DNA of 64,000 bases from contig CAJINV010000005.1 of NCBI GenBank assembly GCA_905178155.1, positions 2,482,054 through 2,546,053 on the forward strand, in the 5' to 3' direction. Below are positions 1 through 12,700 of this stretch, piece by piece. The notes under the pieces are model-generated. The model ran no database searches, was not told the origin of the DNA, and saw nothing but the letters and a program-made list of their open reading frames with translations. This DNA comes from Amoebophrya sp. A120. Lineage: Eukaryota; Protista; Dinoflagellata. The first letter of the stretch is position 1; each line of letters starts with the position of its first letter. The position numbers and the translations under genes are program-made.

Positions 1-3000
1 CGATCGATCTTTCCTCCGAAGCGCCACAGTTCCAGAATTTGTCGACAGCAGTTCCTCCGGGAGGCACCGGCCAGCTGACCACAGGAAACGACGACGAAGA
101 CTACCCGATTAATATGCTTCAGCCCCAGCAGCTCGAAATCACGTCCTTCCTCCCATCCCCAACAAATAACTTTTTGAGCGACACGCTTCTCTCCCTGCTG
201 CGCCTAGCCCCGAAGGGCACGCTTGACTCCGCGGGATGGCGGCGGGTTGGGAGCCTTGCTGAAGACCATAGCTTTAGCTTTATTCCGGCAGAAAGCTGCA
301 TGAAACCTCCTGGCGAGGTTGGAGCTACTTCGTCGGAGGATGCACTAAGTGACGAACCTACAGAATTGGACCTCGCGTGTTTGTACCTGGCTTTTATGAA
401 ATCCATCAGAAACATCGAAACCTACGACCAGGCTCTCATCGACGCCGCTTTCTGCAACACGATCGAGTTGAAGGGATGGTTAAGTCCACCGTCCTCGAAC
501 CGCGAACAACAGCAAAAAATGCCATTGCAGCCGCGCTCCGACAGAAAGATCACCTGGACCTTGGACAGCACACAACTCGGCATCCTGGCCCGATCGCAAG
601 TGTACCTCCGCGAAACTGAGATCGCGGAGAAGGCGGCGACGCTGGGGAGTGCGTTGGAAGGCAAAAGCGACGAATACGGTGCGGCGGAGGAGGATGAGGA
701 AGAGCAGAAATCCCAACTGGCGCACGAGTTCGCCGCGGCCTTCACGGTGCGGAAAAATGATTTAAACCAGCAGCTCGAGGTTCTTTTGGGAACAGCTTTC
801 GAGATGAATGGCGGTGCAGGGGCAACGAGCGTAGGTGTGCCATCAACATCATCTGCGTTGCGGATTCACTGCAGCCGAACGAAGAACCCAGACGGGGAAG
901 AAGAGATCAAAGTGGAAATCAGAACACACGGCGATACTGGTGGACCAGGAGGTGATGTAATAATGGGGAACAATAATTCCATCAAGCAGCAATCATTCTT
1001 CTCAGAGCGGCTTGGTGCAACGAGCAGTCCGATATTTTTGCCGCAAGTACAACGACCTGTGATGTTCCCCCCGACAACTACAACAGGGTCTTCTTCTAGA
1101 GGACCTCGAGTTCTTGTTCAGCACGGTGGCGGTGCTGGGCCTCCTGCAGTTACTGCGATGTCCATGCCCACGGCATCGTTGTCCTCGACAGCAAGACTCC
1201 CCTTCACAGGAGCCACAGCTGCAGCAACAGCAGGTAGAGCCATGGTAAACCACGTGCAAACGGAAGATCTCCGGATCTGGGATAGCACGGACAGCGAGGA
1301 CGATGAGAATGCTTCTACCGTGTCCACCTCCAGCTGGGGAAACAATTTCGAAAGCAACTTCAACAAATCCTTCAACTCGCCAACGAGGTCGCCAATAGGT
1401 AGCCCTGGTGGTAGTCAACAACTGTTGCGGGCACAATCCCCAGAAATCAGCAAAACTATGATGTTGTCCTTGTCACCAAAGCATGTCAGAGCAAAAATCG
1501 ACTCCCGCGCCAGCAGCTCCGCCGGGTCGCGTATGCGGACAGCGTCGTCGAGCCTCAAGGGCGGGAACAACAGGAGAAACCAGCAAAGCCAAAAGATCTC
1601 CGGCCACGCCAGACGGGTTTTGTTGCAAGAAAGACTACTCCGCGCTCAGGACGAGTACGATTTGCCGATGATGCGACGGTGTCTGGAGCGGCTGAAACAA
1701 AAATACGAGATCGAAATCGACAAGGAGCACGCGGACGTGGTACAGCTGTTGGAAGCGTTGAGCAAAGAGTCCGTGATAAGGCAGAAACTGAAACTGACGA
1801 AAGAGGCGCTTGACCGGTCCAATCGGAACAACGGGAATGCTGGCTATGGTGCGACGTTTTCTTCTTCGCAAGTACAAGCTGGCGGTGCGTTTCTGCATGA
1901 CAAACACGGTAGCGTTCTTGCAGGGTCGTCCGCTGCATCGAACAAATCCAGCAGAATCAACAGTGCTTCTTTCTACAGTTCTACGACGAAAGCCGTGCAG
2001 ATTCAGCAGCTTCAGTCAATGCGGTCGGTTCGGATGAGCGCGGCGGAAGCCGGGAATGAATCCGACGAAGACGAGTCGAGTAAATTTACGATTCAGACCT
2101 TCACGGATAAAAATTCTTCTTCACGATATACGGGTCCGGAATTAAGCCAACACACTGGACCGCAAGTCGGAGAGCCACGCCAAACGATCGACATGGTCAG
2201 GCCCTTCGCTGGGTTAGACGACGTTGTCGACGATCATGGAACGAAAACAAATGCGGCTAGTACCACGTCGACAAAAACCAGTGCAGCGAAAGGTGGTCTT
2301 CGTGTCTTTAACTCTACCGCACGACCTCGGACATCTTTTAACCCCGGCGAGAAGATCCGGGTAAACAAGGAACCTGAAGAAACGACGAAGTCGAAGCTGC
2401 TTTCCCCCGCTGCTGGGAAAGAGCAACAATCACCAGGAGCTCCTCCTACTGCGGGTGCAGCAGCTGTTGCACCGGTGGCTGCTACTACAACTTCCACCAT
2501 GACTGCAACTGCTGCTGCAGCTCCCGCCGTACTAAAACCGGAGGACCGGTGGGAGAAGATGGTGGACCAAACGGCCAAGCAAGAATCGCCCCAGATGCTG
2601 TCCAGAAGATTGTCGAATTTGATGTCGCAGGCGGACCAACTGGGGGTTTTGCTAGAGAAGGAAGAGGAAAAAGAGTACATCCAGGCGCAACAGAAGATGT
2701 ACCAGAACCACACCTTCAACGCGGAAGCAATCGCTGCAATCCCGGTACCGGTTCCTTTGCCCGCGCCGGCGCCGAGGGGAGTAGGGAGGGGTTTTGGTGT
2801 CGGAGACGATTTTGACGGTAGCAGCCCGATGCTCGGGATACTGCCGCCTGGAGGAAATAAGCATAATTATTCCGGGTCTATGAACGGTAGTATATTGGGG
2901 AATCATAGCAATTCGGCTGCTGGTGGACCGAGCTTGTACAATCATTCTGGACACCCGCCGGGTACTAGTACGCCGCCAAATCTTTCCGCTACGAACGTGT

Positions 3001-6000
3001 CAGGGTACGTGCCACAGGGGCAGCACAGTTCCTCAAACTCCGGTGGACCTGGCACGGGTACTTCTAGCGCTGCATTTGCTGCAGCTGGATTTGGCACAGC
3101 AGCCGCCGGCGCCGGTGTAGTGACAGGAGCGGTTATTTCAGCCTCTCCCTCCCCTCCTACCGGTCCAGTATCTCAACAGGCACAACACCATCACCCCTCC
3201 GCTTTTATGATCCCGCCAGTGTCCTCCGGTTTTTCCGAGGACTCCGCTGATCACAACAACAATGGCTACCCGCGCGACACCACCATGTCGGCCATGACAA
3301 CAACCTTCTCTCCGACCCAGAAAGCCCTCGCCGACGCGGAAATGAACCGCTGGGCGATGAATTTGGAGCAAAGACTAACCTAAGTAAAAACGTACCCACA
3401 CCAGAGTTGTCATGCAGATTTGCAATGACAGGAACATTTGTAATGCGCATCTTCATGAGAGGCATTTCCAGTCGTGTTTTGACATTTGTAATGCTGTAAA
3501 CACGATGAGGAGATGGGTTTGTCATGCGACTGCACTTGCTAACCTGCACTACACTGCGGAGTGCAACTTGTCATGCGTGACTCCCAAAACTTCTCGGCTT
3601 GTGTTGCAAAATCTCCATCCTGACTCTGGTGTGGGTACGTTTTTACTCAGGATAAAGACTCGCCCGGGACAACGGGGACCCCCACCCGCTCGGCGGAACC
3701 GCACACCGCAGCTATCAAATGTAAAAATGTCTGGGTCTGGAAACTTGTGATGCTGGGTGGCGTCTCATGATGAGGCTACAGATGCTGGCTCAGCGTGACA
3801 AGTTTCTGAGTTCCTAGGTGTTGCCTATTCTGCATGACAAACTGCGCTTCTGCATCACAGAAAAACGGAGCTCTTGGGTAACGTGAATGACAGATTTAAG
3901 AGTCATGCCAGACAAGCATGACAAACATGAATTCTTCCAGACCCAGACATTTTTACAGTTGATAGCAGCTACGAAAGCTCGATGGAAAGCCCGCCTTTGC
4001 AACCGAGGGGGAATTATCCAATGCAAAAATGTCTGGGTCTGGAAACTTGTGGTGCAAGGAAGGGAATATTGAGCACACTGTAATGCGCACCCCAGAATTA
4101 CAAGTTTTTCCGTGGTTCAGAGTTGCGTATTCCGCATGAGAAACTGCGTTTTTGCATGACAGACAAGAGGACCTCTTCGCAGGCACGCAATACAGAGTTT
4201 AGAGTCATGCCAGACGAGCATGACAAATTTCGCAATCTCCCAGACCCAGACATTTTTACATTTGATAGCATTCCTCGCGGCACCACGGCTTCCTACATGC
4301 CGAAGCAGTCAGTTGTCTCTTCTGTCGTGACGAATGAGAACATCGCGGGAGGTGGGGCAGGAGGTGCTGCAAGTACTGCTCTTGATTTGTCCCCAACAGG
4401 TACCGCTGGAAGTGATCAAGCGGACAAGAAGTACGACGTTGCAGAGCTCGACGTCTTTTCCCTCCGCCACTTCCCGAACCTGCGGGAACACAGCGACAAT
4501 ACTCTTGGTTGGGTGTTCATGGATATGAAATGCAAAAGCATCGTACTAGTATAAATTGCATTACAAATTCACTTAGCGTTACAAATCAAAGTTGTAATGC
4601 GGATTTGCCTTTGTAAAAGAGATTTGTAATGCATAAACGCAATTAGTACGAGTGCGATACTTTTGCAGTCGATAATGGACGACGAAGTCTGGCAGAACAC
4701 CCCACCGAGATTAAGGTACCAGAAAGAGCTATCAAATGTAAAAATGTCTGGGTCTGGAAACTTGTGATGCTGAGTGGCGTAGCATAAGGAGGCCACAAGT
4801 GCTGGCTCAGCATGACAAATTTCTGAGCTTGTAGGTGTTGCCTATTCTGCATGACAAACTGCGTCTCCGCATGAAATCTGTTCTAACGCCACGGTATTGG
4901 CAGAGGCTAAATCTGTTCTAGCGCCACCCTGACAGGAGTCAAAGGTCAAAGCGATGCGATACGATACGCATGACAGAAAAAAACGTCTCTTGGGCAATGT
5001 GCGTGACAGATTTAAGAGTCATGCCAGACAAGCATGACAAACATGCATTCTTCCAGACCAAGACATTTTTACATTTGAAAAGAGCCGCTGGACGAGCCTT
5101 TGTGCGATTTCCCGAACTTCACGGACAAGTGGGGCCGGCATTTGAACATCGACCCTTTGGCTTTAGATGTTTTCCGGGTGATTCTCTCCCTGTCGGGGTC
5201 AGCGCCGAAACAGCACTACGACACGTTGTATAAGGATTTGGTCGAGGATTGTCAGCAGTTCCGGCCCTTGGTCGACGAGGTGTGGGTGCAGATTTTGAAA
5301 CAATTGTCCATGTGTCCGTCCAAGATAACGAGGAAGAATTTGTGGTTGCTTCTGAACAAACTGGTCAAGCACGTCTATTACGAGCGGGTCCTGACCGGGG
5401 AGGTGATCACGAAAGAGCAGAACATGATCGACGAACTCGCGTACGAGCTCGCGGTGTCGAAGCGCTCCTCCGGGAACACGTTGGCAGCTGCTCAGAGGCA
5501 AAACTTAACGACCGGCGAAAATACTCGACCGCAACTGTCTCTGGTGGCCGAAGAACCTCCTTCAGGGACAACCTCCAGTCATCTGCAGTCGTCTGTTCAA
5601 CAAAATCCTGCACGACAGGGGGCAGGCGGCTCGCCGCAGATTGACGTGACCCCGACTCCTGCACCCGTTCCTGCCTCTTCTCCTGATGACGACTCCGAAG
5701 CGGCTCAAGCCGCTTCCTCCAAATTTTGGTTTAAGCACTTCGCTCGGGTGTACCGCTTTGTCCCGTCGAAACAGCTATCCGTGTTCGTCGTCGCGTTCTT
5801 CCGCCGCTTGATATGGATTGCAAAAATGTCTGGGTCTGGAAGGTTGGAACTTGTGATGCTAACTTTGGACTCTAAAAAAATTCTGTATTGCATGACCAGC
5901 AAGAGGAGTCCGGTTTGTGCTACGCGTGGAGGGCATTTGTCATGCGGAATAGGCATCGAGAAGCCCTCAAAAAATATGCATTGCTAGGGTATGCATCACA

Positions 6001-8978
6001 GACATCATGGCTCATGCAAAACGTGCATAACAAGTTTCAGAATCTTCCAGCCCCAGACATTTTTACAGTTGATACTTGATCCACTTCGACGAAATGCGGG
6101 CGAACGCGGTGCACCTGCTGCGGAATCTGCAAGCGCAGGTGGTCGCGCAGGTGCAGGACGACGCGAAAGCGGCCATGAGATTCAAGGTGTGGCACCAGGA
6201 GGAGCGGAAGTTGCAAAAAAGAGAGAGGGAAATGATGCAGCAGGGGATGCTCTCTGCAGGTGGAGCAGCGTCAGCATCTACTTCCGGAGCAACAGCAGGT
6301 ACAGCTTTAATACCTGGTGCTAGGACGACGTCGAGTGTGGGCGGTAGAAGTTCTTCTCCTGCTGGCTCCAATAATTCGGTCACGAATTCGCCCAGCACAC
6401 GGACGAACTTGATAAACGCGACCAGTCCGAGGAGCCGCTTTATGATGCTGAAAGGCGTAGATCCGATGGAGGACTGGAGTGTCATGGAGGGCACAGCGGT
6501 GTTGACGAAAGCGTCATCGCCGAAGGGGGGCGCACCGCCGGTGGGGACCACAGGATCATCTAGAGACAAGGACAACAAGCTGCTTTCGCCGCCAGCAGGT
6601 GGGAGTGAAAACAGTAACACTATGTTCGGAGCCGCTGAGCAGGGGGATTTCGGTGGCGATTTTTCGCATCATCATCATCTCGAAGATCCCACAAGCTCCC
6701 TAAATAACGACGACGACGACGAAATCGATGAAGCGCTTTTACTCGCGATGGGCTGGCGACCGCTGCCGAACATTTTTCAGCATATGGATTGCAAAAGTGT
6801 CTGGGTCTGGAAGGATGCAACTTGTGATGCTGCATTTGGATTCCAAAAACATCTGTATTGCATGAGCAGCAAAGGGAGTGTCTTTTTGCTACGGGAAGAA
6901 GGCATTTGTCATGCGAAATAGGCATCCGGAAGCCCTCAAAAAATCTCTGATGCTAGGGCATGCATCACAGACATCATGGCTCATGCAAAACTTGCATGAC
7001 AAGTCTCAGAATCTTCCAGACCCAGACATTTTTGCATTTGATACAGCACAAGGCGACGCAAAAAGCGTTCCTCGAGCAGGAGAAGAAGGAGAAGGCGGTG
7101 TTGCAGGAGGAAGCGCGCTATGCATTGCAAATATGTCTGGGTCTGGAAAGTTGTGATGCAAGGAAGGGAATAGTGAGGGCACTGCAATGTGCTGCCCAGC
7201 ATGAAAAGTTTTTCCGTGGTTTTGAGTTGCGTACTCCGCATGAGAAGCTGCGTTTTCGCATGACAGGCAAGGGGAGCTCTTCGCGGCCACGCAATACAGA
7301 GTTCAGAGTCATACCAGATTAGCATGACAAATCTCGCAATCTCCCAGACCCAGACATTTTTTCAGTTGATACGCGCCGGGCCTTGCAGAAAAAGAAGGCG
7401 GAAGAGAACATTCTGCTGACGGAGCAGTTCCGCGTTGGGAAGGGGTTGACTGGTGGCTTGTCCGGTGGAGTAAATAATTCGGAAAGGCAAACCTCGCCGA
7501 CCACAAATGGGAGAACAAACAATCCTCCGAAACTGTCGGAGAGAGCGCTAAAGGCGAAGTTCGACAATGTGGAAGCGGACGAGATAAAGGAGAATTCTGC
7601 TGCAGGAGGAGGGCTGGGTAAAAATAATCCAGCGAATGTCGAAGACGAGGATGACGACACGAAGACTTTGGTCGGCGCGGGAAAGATCGACCTGGGCCAC
7701 AACGCAGAAAATGACCAACTCGCGTATTTGGTTTTTTTTTTTTTCCGATGAAAGTTTAAGTTTCGCTTTCGTTTCCTAGTAGAGCGCCATCGCCTATACC
7801 GTATAGGCCTTCATTGTTTTGTGTGCACAGCATACAAATTTGTATTTTTCCCACGACCGCATTGATTCATGTGCAAGTGCACGTCCTTTCAAATTTGTCA
7901 AAATCCGAACCTCACAGCACCATCCTCGAGGGCGATGAGGAGGAGCCGCAGGAAGAATCCTTCTTTGGCTCCTTTTTCTCGCAGCAGCAGCCCGACCCGA
8001 GGTTGGAGAGGTCCAGGTATTCCAGAAGGCAGTCGGTGTTTCTATGGCGTTCTCAAACGTTACATTCTCAACTGTTAAGTACATGAATTTGTAATGCAAG
8101 ACTAGCACAGGTGAGAGGGAGAACCTTGCGCGTCTTGCATTACAGGTTTAGTGCGGATTACAGTGCTACTTAGCCCTCCGGGAATTTGTCATGCGAAGCA
8201 GCTTGATCGTCTGGCGGGTCATGGTCATTTTGCATGACAAATCATGTAACACCAGTCGAGAATGTAACGTTTGAGAACCCCATAGTTTCTCAAAACCTAC
8301 GACCTGGAAAACAGCCGGCTACTCCAACGGAGAAAGCGACGGGACCAGAAGAAGCGCGCCCAACTACAGCATCAGCAGCCGGCGGCGAATCAGGACGGCG
8401 GGATGTTCGGCGGTTTGTTCGGTTACACGATCCCGGAGGACGAGGAATTGAAAATGGATGAGGAACAACTACCTGGCGCAGCAACCCTGGACAGCCCAAA
8501 CGGAACATCAAAACTTGGCAATGACCACGACTTCCGCGAGTCCAGCTTTGAGGGCGCGCCCATAGCGGGCAGGGCCAGCGAACAGAACGACTTGTCCAAG
8601 TTACCCCACCGCGGTAAGAGTTCTCGCTGGACGGATAACGGACGGCCACCGATTCCTCTAGGGTCTCGCTGGACGGACCACAACAGCAAGATGCACTCGC
8701 AGGACAGCGCGTTTAGGGAAGTATACAACGATCCAAACTACTTGCAGCAGCCCGGTGCGGGAGCTCCCGGCAGTCAGCATTATCGGTATTCCGTCCCGGA
8801 TTCGGTCGTGGCGAACCAGCTGAAGCCGTTTCAGTCCGAGCAGCACTACAGTCAGGATAACTTCAATCGGCAGCGGGTGCGGAGTAGTTTGTACAGCGAC
8901 GGTCTGACCATGATGGACAGCGAGACAGAGGGCGATGATACGGGGTCGGTTTACACCCTGGGGTTTGGGCGGCAGTAG
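1..8978 (+). CDS. Large MyTH4-domain protein, 5'-truncated by the window edge (>=2143 aa), 10 introns
   Basis: Frame open from base 3. Inferred introns: 3375-3658, 3712-3968, 4014-4271, 4523-4678, 4729-5084, 5811-6078, 6782-7047, 7118-7375, 7724-7917 (GT-AG), 8042-8288. Exons total 6432 nt in one frame. The spliced product reads YQKEPLDEPLCDF...LVDEVWVQILKQLSMCPSKITRKNLWLLL...FVPSKQL, the MyTH4 pattern. The rest is low-complexity or coiled-coil; no motor domain is visible in the window. Confidence 0.75.
3376..3654. mobile_element. Introner, family 2 (TIR core AGTAAAAACGTACCCACACCAGAGT)
   Basis: ~30-bp TIR, TSD aagac/aagac; removal gives EQRLARD. Confidence 0.9.
3713..3964. mobile_element. 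Introner, family 1a (TIR TATCAAATGTAAAAATGTCTGGGTCTGGAA)
   Basis: TSD gcagc/gcagc; 252 bp; near-identical to 57207-57458. Confidence 0.95.
4015..4267. mobile_element. Introner, family 1b
   Basis: Family-1 TIRs; diverged TSD ggaat/gcatt; interior similar to 7119-7371. Confidence 0.9.
4524..4674. mobile_element. Introner, family 3 (~150 bp; TIR core TGCAAAAGYATCGYACT)
   Basis: TSD atgga/atgga; inverted relative to 52137-52286 and 60594-60746. Confidence 0.9.
4730..5080. mobile_element. Introner, family 1a, with nested insertion
   Basis: TSD agagc/agagc; 99 bp longer than sister copies. Confidence 0.92.
4875..4966. mobile_element. 92-bp nested insertion with 7-bp TSD
   Basis: cgcatga at 4868-4874 and 4967-4973; absent from sister copies; no TIR; ends in (G/A)CGAT tandem repeats. 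Confidence 0.7.
5812..6074. mobile_element. Introner, family 1c
   Basis: TSD cttga/cttga; removal gives RRLIHFDEM. Confidence 0.92.
6783..7043. mobile_element. Introner, family 1c
   Basis: TSD cagca/cagca; family-1 TIRs. Confidence 0.92.
7119..7371. mobile_element. Introner, family 1b
   Basis: TSD cgcgc/cgcgc; family-1 TIRs. Confidence 0.92.
8043..8284. mobile_element. Introner, family 4 (TIR core GTTCTCAAACGTTACATTCTC)
   Basis: TSD gtttc/gtttc; removal links the gene to ORF 8403-8978. Confidence 0.9.
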
Positions 8979-9735
8979 TGAGCTCCGCCCATGTGCTGAA
9001 AAGATCTAAAGGAAAATCTGCGACAAGGAAGCTATGCCATATCTCCACATACCGTGGCTGTGCCGCTTGTTACAATTAGCGCATTCATCACCACACGACA
9101 CAGAAACAGTAATCGAACAATTCTCTTCAGCGACAGATCTATCACGTTCACGATCACGGGGTGAAGAGCGTGAGACGCTGCCGCCCTCTTCACACGACTT
9201 TGTACGAGCATTCTTCATCGCAAGTAGCTACTACAGATCAAGATCAAGTTGTTGTGGGGAGGTTCCCAGGTGATCACGAACAGATCAAAAAGAAAACATT
9301 CACATTGGCTTTCTCTGCGTTGTTTTTCCAGTTCAAAAGCAGATCAGAGAACGAGGAGAAGCTAACGCCCTTCATTTTTTCGTTTTCCAGAAAATCGTGA
9401 TGAGAGACGGCAGCTTCTATTGTTGACTCGTTCGGGCTGGTGGGGAAGCGAGTGAGCGATCATCTTGGAAAAACGTGCCTTCAAATTTGTCTCGAAAAAT
9501 TGATAGCGGCTCTACAGCGGAGGTTTGATGTAAACTATATGGTCTACAACTTATCTATGGCTTAGGCTTTGAATAGCACTTACAATGTACTACAACATAA
9601 GAGCCAAATAAATGACTTCCAAGCGAATTTCTTTCATTTTGAGTTGTTGTTTTTCACGTTGTACGTCAGAAGCGAACATGTGAATTTGAATATCGATCCT
9701 CTGCGTGAGTGGCAAAGAAGAGTTGTCGCACTGCC

Positions 9736-12700
9736 ATGCCAGCAGACCTCAAACGCCCCCGCGCAGGGGAATCGCCAAAGGCGACAAAGGCGACCAAGAA
9801 GGATGTCGCGGCGCGGCCTCCTCCCTCGGACTCAGAATGGGAACAAGAATTCTCTGAGATGTCGGAGCCTGAAGCCGCGGGCCAGAAGCAGCAGACTATG
9901 GCGCAGTGCATAGCGACAACAATCCGTGACTACCCTTCGGAGAACACGGTGAAAGAGTTTGTCCAAAACGCCGAGGACGCAGGAGCGACGGAATTCGCAA
10001 TGTATAGCTGCCCTTTATTTCTCTTTGTGTTCTTTTAAGCTCCTTATCGCTATCCCATACCACTCCTCAGGCAACGTTGCGCGCATTGTAAACCACATAG
10101 TGACGAAGACGAAATAAATGCAACAGGTACGTCGACGAACGCGAGGCGCCGACCGACAGGCTGATATGCTCTTCCACCCGGGAACTCCAGGGGCCTACCT
10201 TGGTCTTCCGAAACAACGAAATCTTCACCGCGGAGGATTTCGCACAAATCTTGCAAATGAATCAAGGCTCCAAGAAAGGAAAAACGGGGAAAATCGGGCG
10301 ACACGGTGTCGGGTTCAATTCGGGGGCGAACTTTGGCGACATGCCAATTATTGTGTCTGATGCCACCATCCAGGTTCTGGATTCAAGGCTGTATTTGAAG
10401 AACGCAAAGCGGGTCGAAATTGCTAAGGGACACTTTCACGACTGCTCCACTTCGAAAGACGAGCCTGGTAAAAAGTTCAAGCCGCACCAGTTACAGCGGC
10501 CGACCCTTCGTAATCAATTTGGGCGGTTTACTTGGCCGCCGTATAACCTGAAAACCGAGAAAGGCGATCGGTTTGACGAGACGCTGGTGGGCATCGCGTT
10601 GCGGAAGAAGCTGATTGAGACCGGAGAGGCGCAGCTAAGCAAGAACTTGTGGACCCCGGAATCCGTGCACAACCTCCTTGCCCCGCTCCTGGCAAACGAG
10701 GTGCGGCTATATCTACTTTTTCTGCGGAGTGTCGAGAAAACAACATTTGCGCTGATCCCGAAGGAAGCACCAAAAGATCAGCCGCTCGACATGAATAAAC
10801 TGCGGTATTTGCAAGTGTCTGCTTTGCGTGAGAAACAGGCAGCTACGCCTGGCAGTGACGGTGTTGGCACTCGCGTGACACTGACGCAGGAGGAGCTGCA
10901 GCATGCCGGTGACAGTACTAAGAAGTCGCAGATCATCAGCTACGCGAACTTGTCGAAAGCGTTGAAAAACTGCGACGTGACCAGTCGTGGGGCGAAAAAC
11001 AAAAAGGCGCTCGCCAGAACTACAGATAGCGCACCGCTGCCATCGACGAAGATGAAAATCTGGACAGAACAATACGACGTCGAAACGGTTGGCAAGGCCT
11101 CTGTAGCTGCTGTGCGAACTACTAGCGAGGACTCGCCGCACACTTCTTACGGTGCGCTGGAAGAGACGACGCACAACACTGGCTACGTGTTCGCCGGGCT
11201 TCCGGTTCGGGGACTGCAAACCAACTGCTCCTTGCACATCCACGGGCTCTTCGACTTGTCAACAGACCGCAAAACGCTCCGGATAAACAAGGACACTTCC
11301 GGAGCTGGTGAGGAAGAAACCCGCAACAACTTGCGTATTCTGAAGGACGCCGCATGCGCAGCCCGAAATCTGATCGAGCGCCGTGCTGCTGAAACGAAGT
11401 GCATGCCAGTGGCGTTGTTTCCAAAATACGTCGGGGAGGCCGAAACGGCCGGACGGTACTTGAGCGACTATTTCTACACGGAGGCGTTGCCAAAGCGTCC
11501 GCAGATTCATTGCACCATCGGGGGCGAGATATTACAATCATTCGACTGCCTGCTCATGGCACCAGAGGATGAAGCGGCAAAATCGCCGACACTGCTTGAA
11601 GCCTTTGTGCAGCTCGGTGTTCCAGTCGTCCGTCTGACGGAAGAAGTGATCAATCTGTACGAGAAGAAGGCAAATTTTGGTGACGATGGTGCAGCAGAAG
11701 ATGCAGCGCGGCCCAGTTTCAGTTCGTCCATCACTATCACAAAGTCCTCGAAAGAAAGCAGTGGTACAAGTAAAGCGCACGCAAGCACAGCGCGGGGAAG
11801 CGGACTAGTATTGGCAATATCGAAAACAACCGGTAGTAAATCCAGCGGAAATCTTCATTGTGGCAATCTCCTTCCGCGACGTTTGACACGCGAGAGTTTG
11901 TATGGCTGCCTGATGAAGAAATTTCGTCAGGCGCCGGAGTCAATGTGGAAAAATACAACTTCATCTAGCACATCAACATCAAAAACCGACTGCAAGAGGA
12001 CCACTGTAGTAGACCTTGCGCTCGCAGTTTTCAAATACTTCGTCGACGATCAAAACTTTGACCTGGAGAAGCTCGAAGGCCTGAAGCTGTGCCCGGTTGG
12101 TAACGAGACCGTGCGAGTTTTCGACTCCCAAAAGCCGGTGGTATGCGGGCGCACGTCTTACGCACGAGAAGTTGCACAATCACTGCAAAGCTCGATGGTT
12201 TTGCACCCTGATGCAGTTGCGATCTTGCTCAACGTCTCTGCCGGAACTGTGACTACAAGATTCGGTGCAGCAGCGAGGGAATCGTCAAGCGCTACCTCCG
12301 ACGAGGCAGAAACCATCGCGAAAAAAAACGCGGAGGAAGCCGTCAAGCGGCTCGGCCAGCTGACGGAAGGACTGACTCCGGAGAGCCTCGCGGATGCGGT
12401 GAAAGAAATGGAAAAGAAAAATCAATCTCTTTCCAATCGCATCGCACCCGGCACGGTTGAATTCGCGTTGGACGTGTGCCGCTGGCTTCTGAACGACATG
12501 TCGGGCGATCTCACAAGACTGGCAGACCGTCAGCTGCTGGACGAAATTCCAATGTGGTGTATTGCGACGGCAGGTGCAGACACTGCAGCAGTAGAAAAGG
12601 TACAGGCTCTCCTACCGTGGAAGAACCACGACCAAATCGTTGGCTCGGGGTTCAAAAGCTGCAAGCACGTCCTGCACCTCTGCAACATCTCGGTGTTGGA

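Noticed and set aside
3370-3660. 7-bp TSD (aaagact) for the family-2 element
   Set aside because: Comparison with the 59171 and 53331 copies shows a 5-bp TSD plus chance matches to the TA termini.
3814-7325. Short ORFs with recurring peptides (SNVKMSGSG, FQTQTFLHLI, PDPDIF)
   Set aside because: These are translations of the family-1 TIR in different frames, not proteins.
3713-7371. CRISPR-like or tandem-repeat reading of the recurring ~30-bp TGTCTGGGTCTGG sequence
   Set aside because: Copies come as inverted pairs ~250 bp apart with TSDs, there are no cas genes, and the context is eukaryotic.
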